NCBI GenBank assembly: GCA_002780805.1
Contig: PEUD01000002.1
Span: 1 to 26,721 of the forward strand
Origin: Candidatus Omnitrophica bacterium CG02_land_8_20_14_3_00__42_8
GTDB lineage: Bacteria; Omnitrophota; Gorgyraeia; Gorgyraeales; Gorgyraeaceae
Direction of reading: 5' to 3'
DNA: 26,721 nt
The first letter of the stretch is position 1. Each line of letters starts with the position of its first letter. The position numbers were made by a program, and so were the translations under genes. The notes under the pieces are model-generated. The model had not been told where the DNA came from. It made no database searches and was given only the letters and a program-made list of their open reading frames with translations. This document shows positions 25,427 through 26,721 of the stretch, in pieces.

Positions 25427-26563
25427 TTACCCGGAGCATTCCAGATAAACTTTTTCCAGTTTCCCCACATTATTTTCCACGCTGAATAAATCAAGCGCGC
25501 GGCGGCCGGCTTCTTTTTTCATTTCATTATAATCCGCCGGCCTGTTAAAAATTTTCCTTACCGAATCCGCTATACCCCTGCTATCCCTGCATTTTACGTA
25601 TACACCTGCCGGGCCCACCACCTCTCTTAACCCATCTATATCTGAAACTACGACTATCTTTTCCATGGCCATTGCCTCAGCCGCAACCACTCCGAATGCC
25701 TCATATATAGAAGGAAAAACAAACACATCCGACAATTGAAACAATTTAACTATATCTTCCCTCTCGCCCAGAAGAAAAACATTTTTAGTAAGCCCGTTTT
25801 TTGCAATTTCATCCGATAATCTTTGCCTGAGAGGCCCTGCGCCAACGATAAGCAGTTTAAACCGCGCATTTTCCTTGGTCAATATCTTCATGGCCTCAAG
25901 CAGGTATATCTGGCCTTTTTGATTGTGAAGCCTGCCGATATTCAATAAAACAAAATCTTCTTTTTCAAGGCCCATGGCCTTACGTTCAGCCTGAATATCC
26001 AAAGAAGGATTTATTTTCAGTTCTTTAAAATCAATACTGTTATATAAGACATCTATATCTTTAAGCCCCATGTGTTTTTGATAGTCATCTTTTACCGATT
26101 GAGATACGGCTATAAACCGCCTGTTAAACATCCTGCCGGTATACTTATCTATCAGTTTGCGCGCCTTAAAAGAAAACCTGCCGTTGTCTTCGTATGTATA
26201 ATCGGGATTATGCAAAGTAGTGATTATCGTCTTAACGCCTGATAAACACCCCGCAATCCTGCCGTAAACATTCGCATAAAATAGATGCGTGTGGACGATA
26301 TCAATTTTGTTTTCCTTTATAATTTCAGCCAGCCTGAAAACGCCTTTTCGCCAATCGTATGGGCTTTTCATATGTAAATTGTATACAGGTATTTTCAGCT
26401 GTTCCAAGCGGGATGCAATCGGGCCGTCCTCAAAAAGACAGCATACCATCGACTCAAATCTTTTATGCTTATCCATCGCGCTCAAAACCGTATAAAGCGC
26501 TTTTTCAGTGCCGCCTAATTTCAGGGTTTCAATCAAATGTAATATTCTAACGCTTGGTGGCAT
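25427..26563 (-). CDS. GT4 family glycosyltransferase
   Basis: RILHLIETLKLGGTE, DIVHTHL, NIGRLHNQKGQ, FVFPSIYEAFGVVAAEAMA. Confidence 0.93.
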   Translation of the reverse strand: MPPSVRILHLIETLKLGGTEKALYTVLSAMDKHKRFESMVCCLFEDGPIASRLEQLKIPVYNLHMKSPYDWRKGVFRLAEIIKENKIDIVHTHLFYANVYGRIAGCLSGVKTIITTLHNPDYTYEDNGRFSFKARKLIDKYTGRMFNRRFIAVSQSVKDDYQKHMGLKDIDVLYNSIDFKELKINPSLDIQAERKAMGLEKEDFVLLNIGRLHNQKGQIYLLEAMKILTKENARFKLLIVGAGPLRQRLSDEIAKNGLTKNVFLLGEREDIVKLFQLSDVFVFPSIYEAFGVVAAEAMAMEKIVVVSDIDGLREVVGPAGVYVKCRDSRGIADSVRKIFNRPADYNEMKKEAGRRALDLFSVENNVGKLEKVYLECSG

Positions 26564-26720
26564 ATAATATTATGATGTTTCCAAATTTTAAAGGCACAGT
26601 AAATTTAGCCAAAAAACCGCTAAGGCCATCCAATAAATGAAGTATGAATTGGTTAGATAAATTAACACCCCATAAAGATGGCACATATCTGATATCCAAA
26701 GAACCCCTGGTGGAAATATT
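26547..26720 (-). CDS. C-terminal 57 aa of a gene entering from beyond the window; possibly a methyltransferase tail
   Basis: Translated by hand and absent from the track: NISTRGSLDIRYVPSLWGVNLSNQFILHLLDGLSGFLAKFTVPLKFGNIIILYATKR*. TAG at 26549-26547 overlaps the next start by 17 bp, fitting the operon packing. The tail resembles the C-termini of the class I MTases in this window (weak evidence). Confidence 0.6.
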   Translation of the reverse strand, partial: NISTRGSLDIRYVPSLWGVNLSNQFILHLLDGLSGFLAKFTVPLKFGNIIILYATKR

Positions 26721-26721
26721 T

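Noticed and set aside
25504-25542. Inverted repeat GGCCGGC ... GCCGGCC
   Set aside because: 7-bp stem with a 25-nt loop within coding sequence; no terminator features.
9-26550. Numerous plus-strand ORFs of 60-162 aa in the track (e.g. 9849-10337, 11217-11654, 3174-3551)
   Set aside because: All lie antisense to well-supported minus-strand genes and have no recognisable motifs; they look like shadow ORFs.
1-26721. CRISPR arrays, tRNA/rRNA genes, IS/integrase genes, ops/JUMPstart element
   Set aside because: There is no non-coding space and no spaced direct repeats, transposase motifs or GGCGGTAG core were seen by eye; a computational scan would be needed to exclude them fully.

Overview
The window is the interior of one very large, tightly packed minus-strand operon for cell-surface glycan (LPS/O-antigen or EPS-type) biosynthesis. 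It holds 22 co-oriented genes: 20 complete and 2 running off the window ends, which the ORF track missed. No intergenic gap exceeds 18 bp. Contents: six GT4/GT-B glycosyltransferases, two DPM1/ArnC-like GT2s, a GT9, an O-antigen ligase/Wzy_C-type protein, a second Wzy/GT-C-like membrane protein, an AsnB-type amidotransferase, an ArnA/UXS-like SDR and a WecA-type initiating transferase. The unusual part is the tailoring chemistry: three cobalamin-binding (class B) radical SAM enzymes, an FkbM methyltransferase, two class I methyltransferases (probably a third at the edge), and three multidomain fusions. The fusions are (i) an ArnT/PMT-like GT-C membrane transferase joined to a radical SAM/SPASM(twitch) domain, (ii) a TuaH-like GT joined through one TM helix to a YdcF/ElyC (DUF218) domain, and (iii) WecA joined to the non-catalytic N-terminal half of a CapD/PglF-type protein. 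The best candidate for an undescribed system is a B12- and radical-SAM-dependent surface-glycan or glycolipid tailoring pathway coupled to lipid-linked sugar transfer. Family calls come from motifs read by eye, with no database search. Novelty, substrates and host taxon are untested; the gene style resembles anaerobic lineages such as Omnitrophota, but that is only an impression. No rRNA, tRNA, CRISPR array or mobile element was seen.
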